Source of the DNA: Bacteroidia bacterium
GTDB lineage: Bacteria; Bacteroidota; Bacteroidia; NS11-12g; UBA9320
DNA: 62,369 bases
Direction of reading: 5' to 3'
Assembly: GCA_044339595.1 (NCBI GenBank)
Contig: JBIIVF010000002.1
Location: 1-62,369 of the forward strand
Below are positions 48,248 to 57,236 of this stretch, piece by piece. Numbering within the stretch: position 1 is the first letter of the stretch; every line of letters starts with the position of its first letter. A model generated the notes under the pieces. The model saw nothing but the letters and a program-made list of their open reading frames with translations, had not been told where the DNA came from and did no database searches. Made by a program: the position numbers and the translations under genes.

Positions 48248-49465
48248 ATGTATCCCAGTATTTACGATATGTTCTATGATTTGTTCGGGGTTCAGTGGCT
48301 ACCACTGAAATTCGTACAAACTTTCGGGTTCTTTGTGGCACTTTCTTTTTTGGCGTCCAATTTCGTGATGACCATTGAATTAAAAAGAAAGGAGAAAGAA
48401 GGGCTCATTCAAGGACAAACGACGTATTTCTGGGAGGGAAAAATGTCTCCATGGTCTGACTTTTTGACCACCGCCCTCACGGGCTTCTTATTGGGTTGGA
48501 AAATTCTTTACGCATTCACCCATTTAAGTGAAGTCAGTTCTAATCCACAGGCATTTATATTGAGTTCTCAAGGCTCTGTCTTGTTGGGCGTGAGTGTGGC
48601 TGCCCTGTTAACAGGATATAAATACTATGCAGAAAACAAAGCAAAGCTCGAGAAGCCGGTTAAACATGAAAGAATTCGCCATCCGTATGAGATCATGGGA
48701 AATGTTACCCTCATTGCAGCAGTTGCGGGTTTTGCAGGAGCCAAAATATTCCATCACCTCGAAAATTGGGATGAATTTATGGCCGACCCCATCGGTGCTT
48801 TGAGCAGTCCTTTCAGTGGACTTACTTTTTATGGTGGTTTGATATGTGGTGGTGCCGCAGTGTTATGGTATGCCGCTAAAAATGGTGTGCCATGGCGCAT
48901 CATGTTGGATGTTGGAGCTCCTACGATGATGCTGGCCTATGCCTTAGGACGGGTGGGTTGCCACATGAGCGGTGATGGCGACTGGGGAATCGTGAACACA
49001 GCACCCAAGCCCGGTTGGATGTCATTTTTACCGGATTGGATTTGGTCTTATAATTATCCCAACAATGTAAATCAAGTTTGTAATCCCTTTACCGGCAATG
49101 AAGCGATGATGCATTCATGCAATTGGGAGGAAACACCGTATTTAATTGCTCCTGTTTTTCCAACACCATTTTATGAAACCTTAGTTTGTCTATTGTTATT
49201 TGGACTCATTTGGATGGTGCGCCGCAAATTTGCGGTAGCCGGAACTTTATTTTTCTTCTACTTGATCCTGAATGGCTTGGAACGTTTTATGATTGAGAAA
49301 ATAAGGGTCAATACCAAGTATCATTGGGGTAGCTTAGAAATTACTCAGGCAGAAATAATATCCTTTACCTTTGTGATTGTCGGTGTTTTTATGCTGTGGT
49401 ACTTGATTCGTTCCGAAAAGAAAAATACTAAAAGTAAACCTGAATTTAATCCTTCTGATCTATGA
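48248..49465 (+). CDS. lgt: Prolipoprotein diacylglyceryl transferase-family membrane protein (long form)
   Basis: Multi-TM protein. Has LGRVGCHMSGDGDWG (related to the Lgt GR.GN..NGE motif) and PTPFYETLVCLLLFGLIW (Lgt PTPLYE motif). Longer than E. coli Lgt, with an insertion. Confidence 0.65.
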   Translation: MYPSIYDMFYDLFGVQWLPLKFVQTFGFFVALSFLASNFVMTIELKRKEKEGLIQGQTTYFWEGKMSPWSDFLTTALTGFLLGWKILYAFTHLSEVSSNPQAFILSSQGSVLLGVSVAALLTGYKYYAENKAKLEKPVKHERIRHPYEIMGNVTLIAAVAGFAGAKIFHHLENWDEFMADPIGALSSPFSGLTFYGGLICGGAAVLWYAAKNGVPWRIMLDVGAPTMMLAYALGRVGCHMSGDGDWGIVNTAPKPGWMSFLPDWIWSYNYPNNVNQVCNPFTGNEAMMHSCNWEETPYLIAPVFPTPFYETLVCLLLFGLIWMVRRKFAVAGTLFFFYLILNGLERFMIEKIRVNTKYHWGSLEITQAEIISFTFVIVGVFMLWYLIRSEKKNTKSKPEFNPSDL

Positions 49466-51522
49466 AAAGAATTTTAATCCTATTGATTTTCTCATCGATA
49501 GCCGTGAGTTTGTTTGCCCTTCCGGGTGATACACTCATAGTTCAGTCTCACAGCAAAGTCGATCAAGTATGGTATGGTAATTATGACCGCTTGGCTCATT
49601 TTCCAACCGCGGGAAAATCATTCCAAAAGATTGTGATGAAGTACACATTGGGTTGCCCAACGAGCGGATGCAGCGATTGGGATTATGATGTGAATGTATG
49701 GCTTATGAAGAATACCGGGCGTATAGACACCTTGATCGCCAAAATTGATACCATTAGCTGGTCTCCTCTCAAAACGGATACAACTTTTTCTTTCAACAAA
49801 GTATATGATCCTTTTGAATTGGGTAGGTACATTACTCCTTATGGGACCTACATGAATTTCAGAAATCCCGGGTATAAAGCGGCAGGTTTTGATTCATCCT
49901 GGAAACATGTCTTTTATTATGACGTTACCGATTTTGCCTCACTTTTGAAGGATAGTGTGCTCATTCGCAATCAATACAGAGGATGGAGCAGCGGGTTTCA
50001 ATGTACCATTGAGTTCATTTTTGTTGAAGGCACACCGGCGCGTCCTGTTTTGTCGATTCAAAATATATATACCTCCGGAGGAACTTATACAAACCCATCA
50101 GAATTTGAAACCAATAGGATGCCCGGAAAAAAAATGTTTATCCATCAGGAAGCCCGGGATGCAGAAGTCAAGGTAATCATTACCGGTCACGGAGCTGATA
50201 AGGCCAATGGCTGTGGTGAGTTTTGTGATAAAAACTATTATTTTAAGGTGAATGGGAAGACCCTTGACACGGCCAGAATGTGGAGAGATGATTGCCATAT
50301 TACTGCCGTGAAACCTCAGGGTGGAACATGGCTTTTTAGCCGTGCTAATTGGTGTCCAGGGGATAAAGTATATCCCTTTTATCACAACATCAAATCTTCT
50401 TTAATGCCCGGTGATAGTATGTTGTTGGATATTGATCTTGACCCAAGTATAGCCACCGGAAACAATGCCGCCAGTTACAATGCTTCGGCGGTTCTTTTTG
50501 TATATGGAAATCCATCTTTTAAAACAGATGCCTCCATAGTGGATATTATGGTTCCATCGAGTGCCAGTGAGTATAAGCATTGGAATCCTTCTTGTAACGA
50601 GCCTAAGGTCATTTTACGAAATTTGGGCACGAATCCGCTCACCTGGGCATCGATCAAATATGGTGCAGAAGGATTGAAACAAAGAGAGTATGTTTGGAAG
50701 GGTAACATCCCGTTTATGGGGCAGGATACCATTACCTTGCCTACTCCTTATTGGGATGGGGTAAACTTTGAAGTGAATCGTTTTTTTGCCGAAGTGAACC
50801 ATGCCAATCATCTTTTAGAGGATGAAAATCCTACCAACGACGAAGCTTTTTCATCCTTTGTTCCGGCACCGCGACTTGAAGCCTTTACCCTCATGATGCG
50901 CACCAATGGTCAACCGCAAGAGAATAAACTCACCATCACCAATGAAAAAGGCGAGGTGGTTTTTCTGATGGAAAAATTGGATCCGAACAAAATTTATCAA
51001 TACGACCTGAATCTGCCTGCAGGATGTTATGAACTTCTGCTTACAGATGAAGGTCAGGATGGTCTTCATTTCTGGTATTATAATAACATAGGACAACCCA
51101 CCCGCACCAATGGTTGGTTTAGGCTCAACAAGAAAACCGGGGGAACCTATTTACCCGTAAATGGTGATTTTGGGTCGGAAATTCGATACAATTTCATTGT
51201 AGGAAACATGACCGTGCCCGAAGCTCCGATTATTCGTGATCCATTGACGGTATTTCCTAATCCTGCCGGTAAAGAGCTTTTTGTTCAAATTCCGGGTAGT
51301 GATATGATTGGAACCGTTGATATTCAAATTACGGATCTTAAAGGCAGGGTGGTTAAATCCATAAACCAAGTGTCCGCCTCAGATGCATATTGGTATAAAA
51401 TGTCGCTCGACGGTTTGTCACCCGGTATGTATATAGTGGAGGTAAATATGAGTCATACCGGTTTTGAGTTGCCGATGAGAACCGAAAAAATCAAAACCAA
51501 GTTAATCGTAACACAACAATAA
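49462..51522 (+). CDS. Secreted PNGase F-related protein with T9SS type A C-terminal sorting domain
   Basis: Signal peptide. CGEFCDKNYYFKVNG and RANWCPGDKV resemble the PNGase F-like C-terminal domain. The last ~80 aa (LTVFPNPAGKELFVQIP...GMYIVEV...) is a Por secretion tail. ATGA overlap with lgt. Confidence 0.6.
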   Translation: MKRILILLIFSSIAVSLFALPGDTLIVQSHSKVDQVWYGNYDRLAHFPTAGKSFQKIVMKYTLGCPTSGCSDWDYDVNVWLMKNTGRIDTLIAKIDTISWSPLKTDTTFSFNKVYDPFELGRYITPYGTYMNFRNPGYKAAGFDSSWKHVFYYDVTDFASLLKDSVLIRNQYRGWSSGFQCTIEFIFVEGTPARPVLSIQNIYTSGGTYTNPSEFETNRMPGKKMFIHQEARDAEVKVIITGHGADKANGCGEFCDKNYYFKVNGKTLDTARMWRDDCHITAVKPQGGTWLFSRANWCPGDKVYPFYHNIKSSLMPGDSMLLDIDLDPSIATGNNAASYNASAVLFVYGNPSFKTDASIVDIMVPSSASEYKHWNPSCNEPKVILRNLGTNPLTWASIKYGAEGLKQREYVWKGNIPFMGQDTITLPTPYWDGVNFEVNRFFAEVNHANHLLEDENPTNDEAFSSFVPAPRLEAFTLMMRTNGQPQENKLTITNEKGEVVFLMEKLDPNKIYQYDLNLPAGCYELLLTDEGQDGLHFWYYNNIGQPTRTNGWFRLNKKTGGTYLPVNGDFGSEIRYNFIVGNMTVPEAPIIRDPLTVFPNPAGKELFVQIPGSDMIGTVDIQITDLKGRVVKSINQVSASDAYWYKMSLDGLSPGMYIVEVNMSHTGFELPMRTEKIKTKLIVTQQ

Positions 51523-51543
51523 AACCCCATATCTGTTTATCCA

Positions 51544-53220
51544 ATGGAAAGTAAAAACACCATGAGTTTATTCAACAAACACGAGCAAACATTGCATGCC
51601 GCAGTCGCAGCCCTTTTCGACAGAAATTATTACACACCTTATCCCGAGCATCCAAAAGCGTATGGTGAAAATGCCGATGAGGCGGGTAAATCTGCCTTTT
51701 TGAAATCAATGAATGAAAATTTTACGGAGTTTGGTTATGAAGGCACAACTTGGATTGGTGAAGAAGTTTCACCTTATCTTCAAACCGGAATTGGTGTGCG
51801 TTATCCTGCCTTGGAGGTGGAAGAATACATCAGTCGCTCCGGACAAGCTTTTCAAACCTGGAAAAATACCACGACGGAAGAACGGGTAGGTGTGTTGATG
51901 GAGGCGCTTGAAAGGATTACCCATCGTTTTTTTGAAATCGCCTATGCGACCATGCATACCACCGGGCAATCGTTTATCATGTCTTTTCAGGCTTCCGGTC
52001 CACATTCGAATGATCGCGCGTTGGAAGCAGTGGCCATGGGATATCATGAATTGAAGAAATTTCCTGATCAAAAAACCTGGAGTAAGCCCATGGGTAAGTT
52101 TGATCTGAATATTCATAAAACCTGGAAGGCCATGCCCAAAGGAATAGGATTGGTGATTGGTTGTTCTACTTTCCCGACCTGGAATACCACTCCGGGTATG
52201 TTTGCTAGCTTGATCACCGGAAACAGTGTTATAGTAAAACCGCATCCGAAAGCCATATTGCCGATTGCCATTGTAGTATCAGAAGTGCGGAAAGTGCTTT
52301 CTGAAAATGGTTTCAATCCGGATACCGTGCTGCTTGCACCGGATACCGTTTCTAATCCTGTGACCAACCACTTGGCGGAAAATCAGGCCGTAAAATTGAT
52401 CGATTATACCGGAAGCAGTCATTTTGGCGATTACATCGAAACCTTACCTAAAACCGTATTTACCGAGAAAGCCGGTGTGAATTCTGTAATTCTCGATTCA
52501 GCGGATGACTTAAAAGGCGTACTTCAAAACATTGCCTTTTCTGTTTCTCTATATAGCGGGCAAATGTGCACGGCCCCTCAGAATATTTTTATTGCATCTA
52601 CAGGGGTAAAAACACCGGAAGGAATCGTTTCTTTTGACGACGTGGCCTCTATGTTGGCTGCATCGGTAAAGGGAATTGCCGAACACCCGAAAATGGGGGC
52701 AGGCACTTTGGGTGGAATTCAAAATGATCAAACGCTAAAACGAATTCAAGACGAAGGAAACTTTGGTGGCATTGTTTTGCTCGATACCATGAATGTTAAA
52801 AGCGAAGAATTTGAACATGCATTGATTGCTTCTCCTAAAATTGTTCAGTTGCATGCCTCAGACAAGACGGTTTATAGCAGAGAGTGCTTCGGGCCGATGG
52901 TATTTGTGATTAAAACATCCGGATTGGAAGAATCCATTGTTCTTGCTGCACAGTTGGCAGAAGAAAAAGGGGCCATCACTTGTTTGGCCTATGCCAATAC
53001 TAAAGAGGTCAGAGATAATATTGAAGATGAGATGAATGCACGCTTTGTGCCTGTATCCTTTAATTTTAGTGGCGCGGCCTTAGTAAATTCTCATGCCGCT
53101 TTTTCTGATTTCCACGTGACCGGAGGAAATCCTGCAGGAAATGCATCGTTTACGAACCCTGATTACATCAATCGACGATTTGTTTGGATAGGAAACAGAT
53201 ATTTATTGCCTCAAGCATGA
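51544..53220 (+). CDS. PaaN-like aldehyde dehydrogenase-family protein
   Basis: 558 aa. N-terminal DRNYYTPYPEHPKAY pattern seen in PaaN-type proteins. Catalytic Cys context SGQMCTAPQNIF. No other paa genes in the window. Confidence 0.65.
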   Translation: MESKNTMSLFNKHEQTLHAAVAALFDRNYYTPYPEHPKAYGENADEAGKSAFLKSMNENFTEFGYEGTTWIGEEVSPYLQTGIGVRYPALEVEEYISRSGQAFQTWKNTTTEERVGVLMEALERITHRFFEIAYATMHTTGQSFIMSFQASGPHSNDRALEAVAMGYHELKKFPDQKTWSKPMGKFDLNIHKTWKAMPKGIGLVIGCSTFPTWNTTPGMFASLITGNSVIVKPHPKAILPIAIVVSEVRKVLSENGFNPDTVLLAPDTVSNPVTNHLAENQAVKLIDYTGSSHFGDYIETLPKTVFTEKAGVNSVILDSADDLKGVLQNIAFSVSLYSGQMCTAPQNIFIASTGVKTPEGIVSFDDVASMLAASVKGIAEHPKMGAGTLGGIQNDQTLKRIQDEGNFGGIVLLDTMNVKSEEFEHALIASPKIVQLHASDKTVYSRECFGPMVFVIKTSGLEESIVLAAQLAEEKGAITCLAYANTKEVRDNIEDEMNARFVPVSFNFSGAALVNSHAAFSDFHVTGGNPAGNASFTNPDYINRRFVWIGNRYLLPQA

Positions 53221-53284
53221 TATATTTGAAACTCTTAACTTCTAATTTTACTGAAATCATTAATATTGCGCAAATTCAATCTAA

Positions 53285-53818
53285 ATGAAGAATGTTATTA
53301 AAATAGTACTGGGTATTGTAATCATTGTTTTGATCTATCTGGTGTATGATTCAATTGCCGGTCCAATGAAGGAAATGGCAGAAGTACAAAAGCGTGAAGC
53401 TGCGGTCATTGCTCAACTTGAGAAGGTTAGAGATGCTGAATTGGCCTTTAAAGATTTGAAAGGATCTTTTTCAAAAGACTGGGACGAACTGATCGAACTG
53501 ATGAAAAATGGTAAGTTCAAAGTTTTGATAAAAGAAGGAGACGAGGATGATTCAACTTCAGTTGTTAAAATGGATTCCATTTTTGTAAGCATCAAAGATT
53601 CGCTTTTCAAAAATTTTAATCTCGATTCATTGCCATTTGTTCCTTATGGCGAAGGGGCTCAATTTACGCTGGATGCCGGAACTATTACTGAACGTAACGT
53701 AACAGTCCAGGTTTTTGAAGCGAAAGACCCAAAACCTTATAGCAAGAAGAGACAAGAGGAGAGTAATCCGCTCAGAGTAGGTTCTATGTTTGAAGGAACT
53801 TATTCAGGAAACTGGTAG
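53285..53818 (+). CDS. Hypothetical membrane-anchored protein
   Basis: N-terminal TM helix (IVLGIVIIVLIYLVY) followed by a charged helical region. No motif recognised. Confidence 0.6.
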   Translation: MKNVIKIVLGIVIIVLIYLVYDSIAGPMKEMAEVQKREAAVIAQLEKVRDAELAFKDLKGSFSKDWDELIELMKNGKFKVLIKEGDEDDSTSVVKMDSIFVSIKDSLFKNFNLDSLPFVPYGEGAQFTLDAGTITERNVTVQVFEAKDPKPYSKKRQEESNPLRVGSMFEGTYSGNW

Positions 53819-53832
53819 TAGCCACCGGTGAT

Positions 53833-54639
53833 TTGGAAAATACTAAATCCATAAATCACGCCATTTCTCACCGGATTTTTCTGGTCTTACATGCCAATCG
53901 ACTTTCATGCTTGATTACCGATAAGCATAAAATTCCCATTTTTTTCGAAACATTTGTTGAAATTACCTCTGAAAAGATGGATAATTTAATGCAGACAAGG
54001 GCCTATTTTCGTGAAATTTACAGCTCGAGCCGTTTGATTTTAGATCTACCCAAGTATGCGCTTTATCCTGCTGAAAGTTATTTGAATGAGGAGGAATCTG
54101 CGTTGCTTTTCAAGATAAATCACAGGAATACCGTTTCAGAACAATTAATAGAACTAGAAGAAGATACCCGTGTTAAAGCCATCTGCGCCGTTGATGCGAA
54201 CATTTATCAATCTTTAAGTCATGTATATCCGGGATTAAGAATCTATCACCATCTCCATTATTTGATGTCGGATACACATTGGGTGCATGCGAAAGGAGAA
54301 AATATGGCCATTTATCTCAAAGGACAGGATCTTACCATTTTGGTGAAAAGAAATCAGTCTTTGTTGATGACCAATACCTATCAAGCTGAAAATGAGGATG
54401 AAATCAGGTATTTCACCATGTTGGCCGCTGAACAAACCGGCATAGATGCATTGCAGGGCAAGCTATTTATCTGGCCTTCCGATTTTGATCCTATGGTGAA
54501 TGAGTGGTTTAAACCATATTTTGAAGATATTGAACGGTTAGAACCTGAACCGACCTACTTCCAATGGCTTTCAGAAGAAGAGCAAGTACTTTTTAAAAAT
54601 GAGTCCATCCTGCACCTTGCTTTGTCATGCGAATCATAG
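53833..54639 (+). CDS. Hypothetical protein (position and size match the DUF3822 family found upstream of rsmD-coaD in Bacteroidota)
   Basis: 268 aa with a TTG start in the track and a 13-nt overlap with rsmD. The family call is from remembered synteny only. Confidence 0.45.
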   Translation: MENTKSINHAISHRIFLVLHANRLSCLITDKHKIPIFFETFVEITSEKMDNLMQTRAYFREIYSSSRLILDLPKYALYPAESYLNEEESALLFKINHRNTVSEQLIELEEDTRVKAICAVDANIYQSLSHVYPGLRIYHHLHYLMSDTHWVHAKGENMAIYLKGQDLTILVKRNQSLLMTNTYQAENEDEIRYFTMLAAEQTGIDALQGKLFIWPSDFDPMVNEWFKPYFEDIERLEPEPTYFQWLSEEEQVLFKNESILHLALSCES

Positions 54640-55184
54640 GAGGAAAATACAAAGGTCTGGCCATAAGGCCACCGGCTTGGTTCAAAGCCAGACCCACAAC
54701 GGATCGGGCACGGGAAGCACTGTTCAATATTCTTGCCCATTCAACCGGTATTGAAGACAAAAAAGTCCTCGATTTATTTTCAGGATCGGGTGCGGTGTCG
54801 ATAGAATTTCTTTCACGCGGTGCAGAATCTGTAAGCAGTGTTGAGAAAGACGCTAAAAGTGCTGATTTTATACAAGGGCTTTTGAAACAGTATGGAAACC
54901 CCTCGTGCCGTGTTTATGAGTCAGATGCTTTAAAATTTGTGTTAGAAACCCCTGAAAGATTTGATATCATATTTGCAGATCCACCTTATCATTGGGCCGG
55001 GTACCATCAATTGGTGGAAGAAATCATGAAGAATGAGTTGTTGAATCCGGGAGGTTGGTTGATTGTAGAACATATGTTGGGTTTTCATCTTCATCACGAA
55101 ACCTGGGTTGAACTCAGGGTTTACGGTCAATCCGTATTTAGTTTCTTCCGACCTTTAACGGGATCGCTTGAAGTGGATTCATAA
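54627..55184 (+). CDS. rsmD: 16S rRNA (guanine966-N2)-methyltransferase
   Basis: MRIIGGKYKG...RPTTDRAREALFNIL, LDLFSGSG, FADPPY. Confidence 0.9.
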   Translation: MRIIGGKYKGLAIRPPAWFKARPTTDRAREALFNILAHSTGIEDKKVLDLFSGSGAVSIEFLSRGAESVSSVEKDAKSADFIQGLLKQYGNPSCRVYESDALKFVLETPERFDIIFADPPYHWAGYHQLVEEIMKNELLNPGGWLIVEHMLGFHLHHETWVELRVYGQSVFSFFRPLTGSLEVDS

Positions 55185-55192
55185 AAACGCAT

Positions 55193-55200
55193 TATATTTG
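55193..55200 (+). promoter_or_regulatory. Candidate internal -7 box (TATATTTG) just upstream of coaD
   Basis: TAnnTTTG match ending 5 nt before ATG 55206. May or may not be used. Confidence 0.3.
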
Positions 55201-55205
55201 ATTCT

Positions 55206-55679
55206 ATGTCGAAAATAGCACTATTCCCCGGGACCTTTGATCCATTTACCAACGGACATGCAGAGGTTGTGGCTAAGGGCCTGAATTTATTTGACCGAAT
55301 TTATATTGCCATCGGAATCAATGCTTCAAAAAAAGAAATGTTTAGCCTTCAACAACGCATAGAATGGATACAGGCAGTGTATAAAAATATCGAGCAAGTG
55401 AAGGTCATCAGCTACAGCGGACTTACCCTTCAAATTTGTGAAGAAGTGGGTGCTAAATTCATTTTGCGTGGATTAAGAACCGTCAGCGATTTTGAATATG
55501 AGAGGCAGATTGCTTTGGTGAATGAGAGTTTGAATCCTCATTTACAAAGTATATTCGTGATGAGTGGACAAGAACATAGCATCATCAGTTCAACCATCAT
55601 CCGAGATTTAATCCGACATGGAGGTGAGTTTAGACAATATTTGCCTGTTGAAGTAGCAATTCCCGCAAAACCTGTCTGA
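55206..55679 (+). CDS. coaD: Phosphopantetheine adenylyltransferase
   Basis: ALFPGTFDPFTNGH (T/HxGH) and ISSTIIRD motifs. Confidence 0.95.
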   Translation: MSKIALFPGTFDPFTNGHAEVVAKGLNLFDRIYIAIGINASKKEMFSLQQRIEWIQAVYKNIEQVKVISYSGLTLQICEEVGAKFILRGLRTVSDFEYERQIALVNESLNPHLQSIFVMSGQEHSIISSTIIRDLIRHGGEFRQYLPVEVAIPAKPV

Positions 55680-56253
55680 TGGCAGGGTAGGTATGCAGGC
55701 TCTCAGCATTGTCTTTATTCAACTTTAACCATTTTATTTCGACAATATCTTCTTCGATCTGTGGCTTAGCCAATTCCCATTCTGCGCAGGTCATCCGAAA
55801 CCAGATAGATTTTTTAATCGCCCATTTTCCGCGGTAGTTGTATAAATGATAGGTAGGGGAGAGAGAGTGGGTAATTCTCAGGCCAAACACATTGCATTCT
55901 TCTTCTACCTCTCGAATGGCACAAGATTCTATGGTTTCACCTTTTTGCCATTTTCCTTTTGGAAGGTCCCAAAATCCAAGACGATTGATCAGCAATAAAT
56001 CGCCGTTTGGATTAAAAACAGCCCCTCCACCGGCTCTGATCTCGCGGAAAAGCAAATGAAATTTATCAATCATTTTTTCTTCATTTCCTCGAATCCAGAT
56101 GCTACGAGGTTTGCGACGCAGGTTTTCCAGATTGGCCACCAACTGTTCGAGCATTCTCTTAGAAGGCTTATTCAAAACGACATCAAAATCATTCATATCG
56201 AGTGACTCATTGCTCACAACAATGGTGTGCTCTCGCTGGAAAATTTTATACAT
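55630..56253 (-). CDS. NUDIX hydrolase
   Basis: Nudix box GKWQKGETIESCAIREVEEECNV. Its 3' end overlaps the coaD 3' end by 50 nt (convergent). Confidence 0.85.
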   Translation of the reverse strand: MYKIFQREHTIVVSNESLDMNDFDVVLNKPSKRMLEQLVANLENLRRKPRSIWIRGNEEKMIDKFHLLFREIRAGGGAVFNPNGDLLLINRLGFWDLPKGKWQKGETIESCAIREVEEECNVFGLRITHSLSPTYHLYNYRGKWAIKKSIWFRMTCAEWELAKPQIEEDIVEIKWLKLNKDNAESLHTYPAIRQVLRELLLQQANIV

Positions 56254-56270
56254 TTGCCTGATAAATTATT

Positions 56271-56918
56271 ATGCAGAATACAAGTTCCAAAGTAGCACAA
56301 TATTTACTGGAAATAAAAGCAGTAAAATTACAACCCGAAGAACCTTTTACCTGGTCGTCGGGATGGTTGTCTCCCATTTATTGTGATAACCGCATTTCTC
56401 TTTCTTATCCTGTGGTTCGTACTTTTTTTAAAGATGCTTTTGCATTGGCCGTTCGCACCCGGTTTCCGGAGGCAACTGCGTTGGTAGGGGTAGCAACGGC
56501 CGGTATTGCGCTGGGTGCTTTGGTTGCTGAGGAAATGGGATTGCCCTATGCTTATTGCCGTCCAAAGCCGAAGGAGCACGGAATGCGCAATCAATTGGAA
56601 GGCCGTTTGGATGAAAATGCCAAAGTAGTGGTGGTAGAAGATCTGATCTCAACGGGTGGAAGTTCTTTGAAAGTGGTTGAGTTTCTCAGAAGCGAGGGAT
56701 ATGAAGTGATAGGATTGGGCGCCTTGTTTACTTATGGCTTCAAGGAATCAGAGATATTATTCCGTGAAGCAGATTGCGACTTCTTTACCTTGAGCAATTA
56801 TCATGAACTCATTCAACAAGCCTTAAAATCGGGTTATATCAATGAATCATCCTTGCCCGAACTGGAAGCCTGGAGAAAAGATCCGGGCAATTGGAATAGG
56901 GAAGGGTTTGGTTTTTAA
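56271..56918 (+). CDS. pyrE: Orotate phosphoribosyltransferase
   Basis: PRPP-binding loop VVVVEDLISTGGS. N-terminal FTWSSGWLSPIYCDNR. Confidence 0.95.
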   Translation: MQNTSSKVAQYLLEIKAVKLQPEEPFTWSSGWLSPIYCDNRISLSYPVVRTFFKDAFALAVRTRFPEATALVGVATAGIALGALVAEEMGLPYAYCRPKPKEHGMRNQLEGRLDENAKVVVVEDLISTGGSSLKVVEFLRSEGYEVIGLGALFTYGFKESEILFREADCDFFTLSNYHELIQQALKSGYINESSLPELEAWRKDPGNWNREGFGF

Positions 56919-56920
56919 AA

Positions 56921-56987
56921 TTAGAAGTTAGAAATTAGAAGGTACTAGGGATTAGGCACTAGGTAATAGGGTTGAGGGTCTAGGAGT
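56921..56987. repeat. Heptad-periodic array: 3x TTAGAAR, a GTAC spacer, then 6x (T/G)AGGNNN
   Basis: TTAGAAG TTAGAAA TTAGAAG gtac TAGGGAT TAGGCAC TAGGTAA TAGGGTT GAGGGTC TAGGAGT. Starts 3 nt after the pyrE stop. Confidence 0.7.
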
Positions 56988-57183
56988 AAAAGAAAAAAGG
57001 TAGAAGAGCGTTGGTTTTGGCCTGCTCGGTAATAGGGGGAGGTGCCTTGAAAATTCCTCTATTATTCGGATGCTGGATGAAGTGGCGACAAAGAGAAGTA
57101 ACGAATACATCCATGAATTGATTAAGAATAGGTTTTGAGAAGCAGTAAGGCAGTAATAATTTTAAGTGCTCTTGGTTACTAAC

Positions 57184-57216
57184 AAAAAAGCCCCATCTTT
57201 TCAGACAGGGCTTTTT
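57184..57216 (-). terminator. Rho-independent terminator of ahcY (usable from both directions)
   Basis: On the minus strand, AGCCCT-N12-GGGGCT is followed by a 6-U run. A/T runs flank both sides. Lies 21 nt after the ahcY stop. Confidence 0.55.
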
Positions 57217-57236
57217 AATATCAATGAATAAATCTA

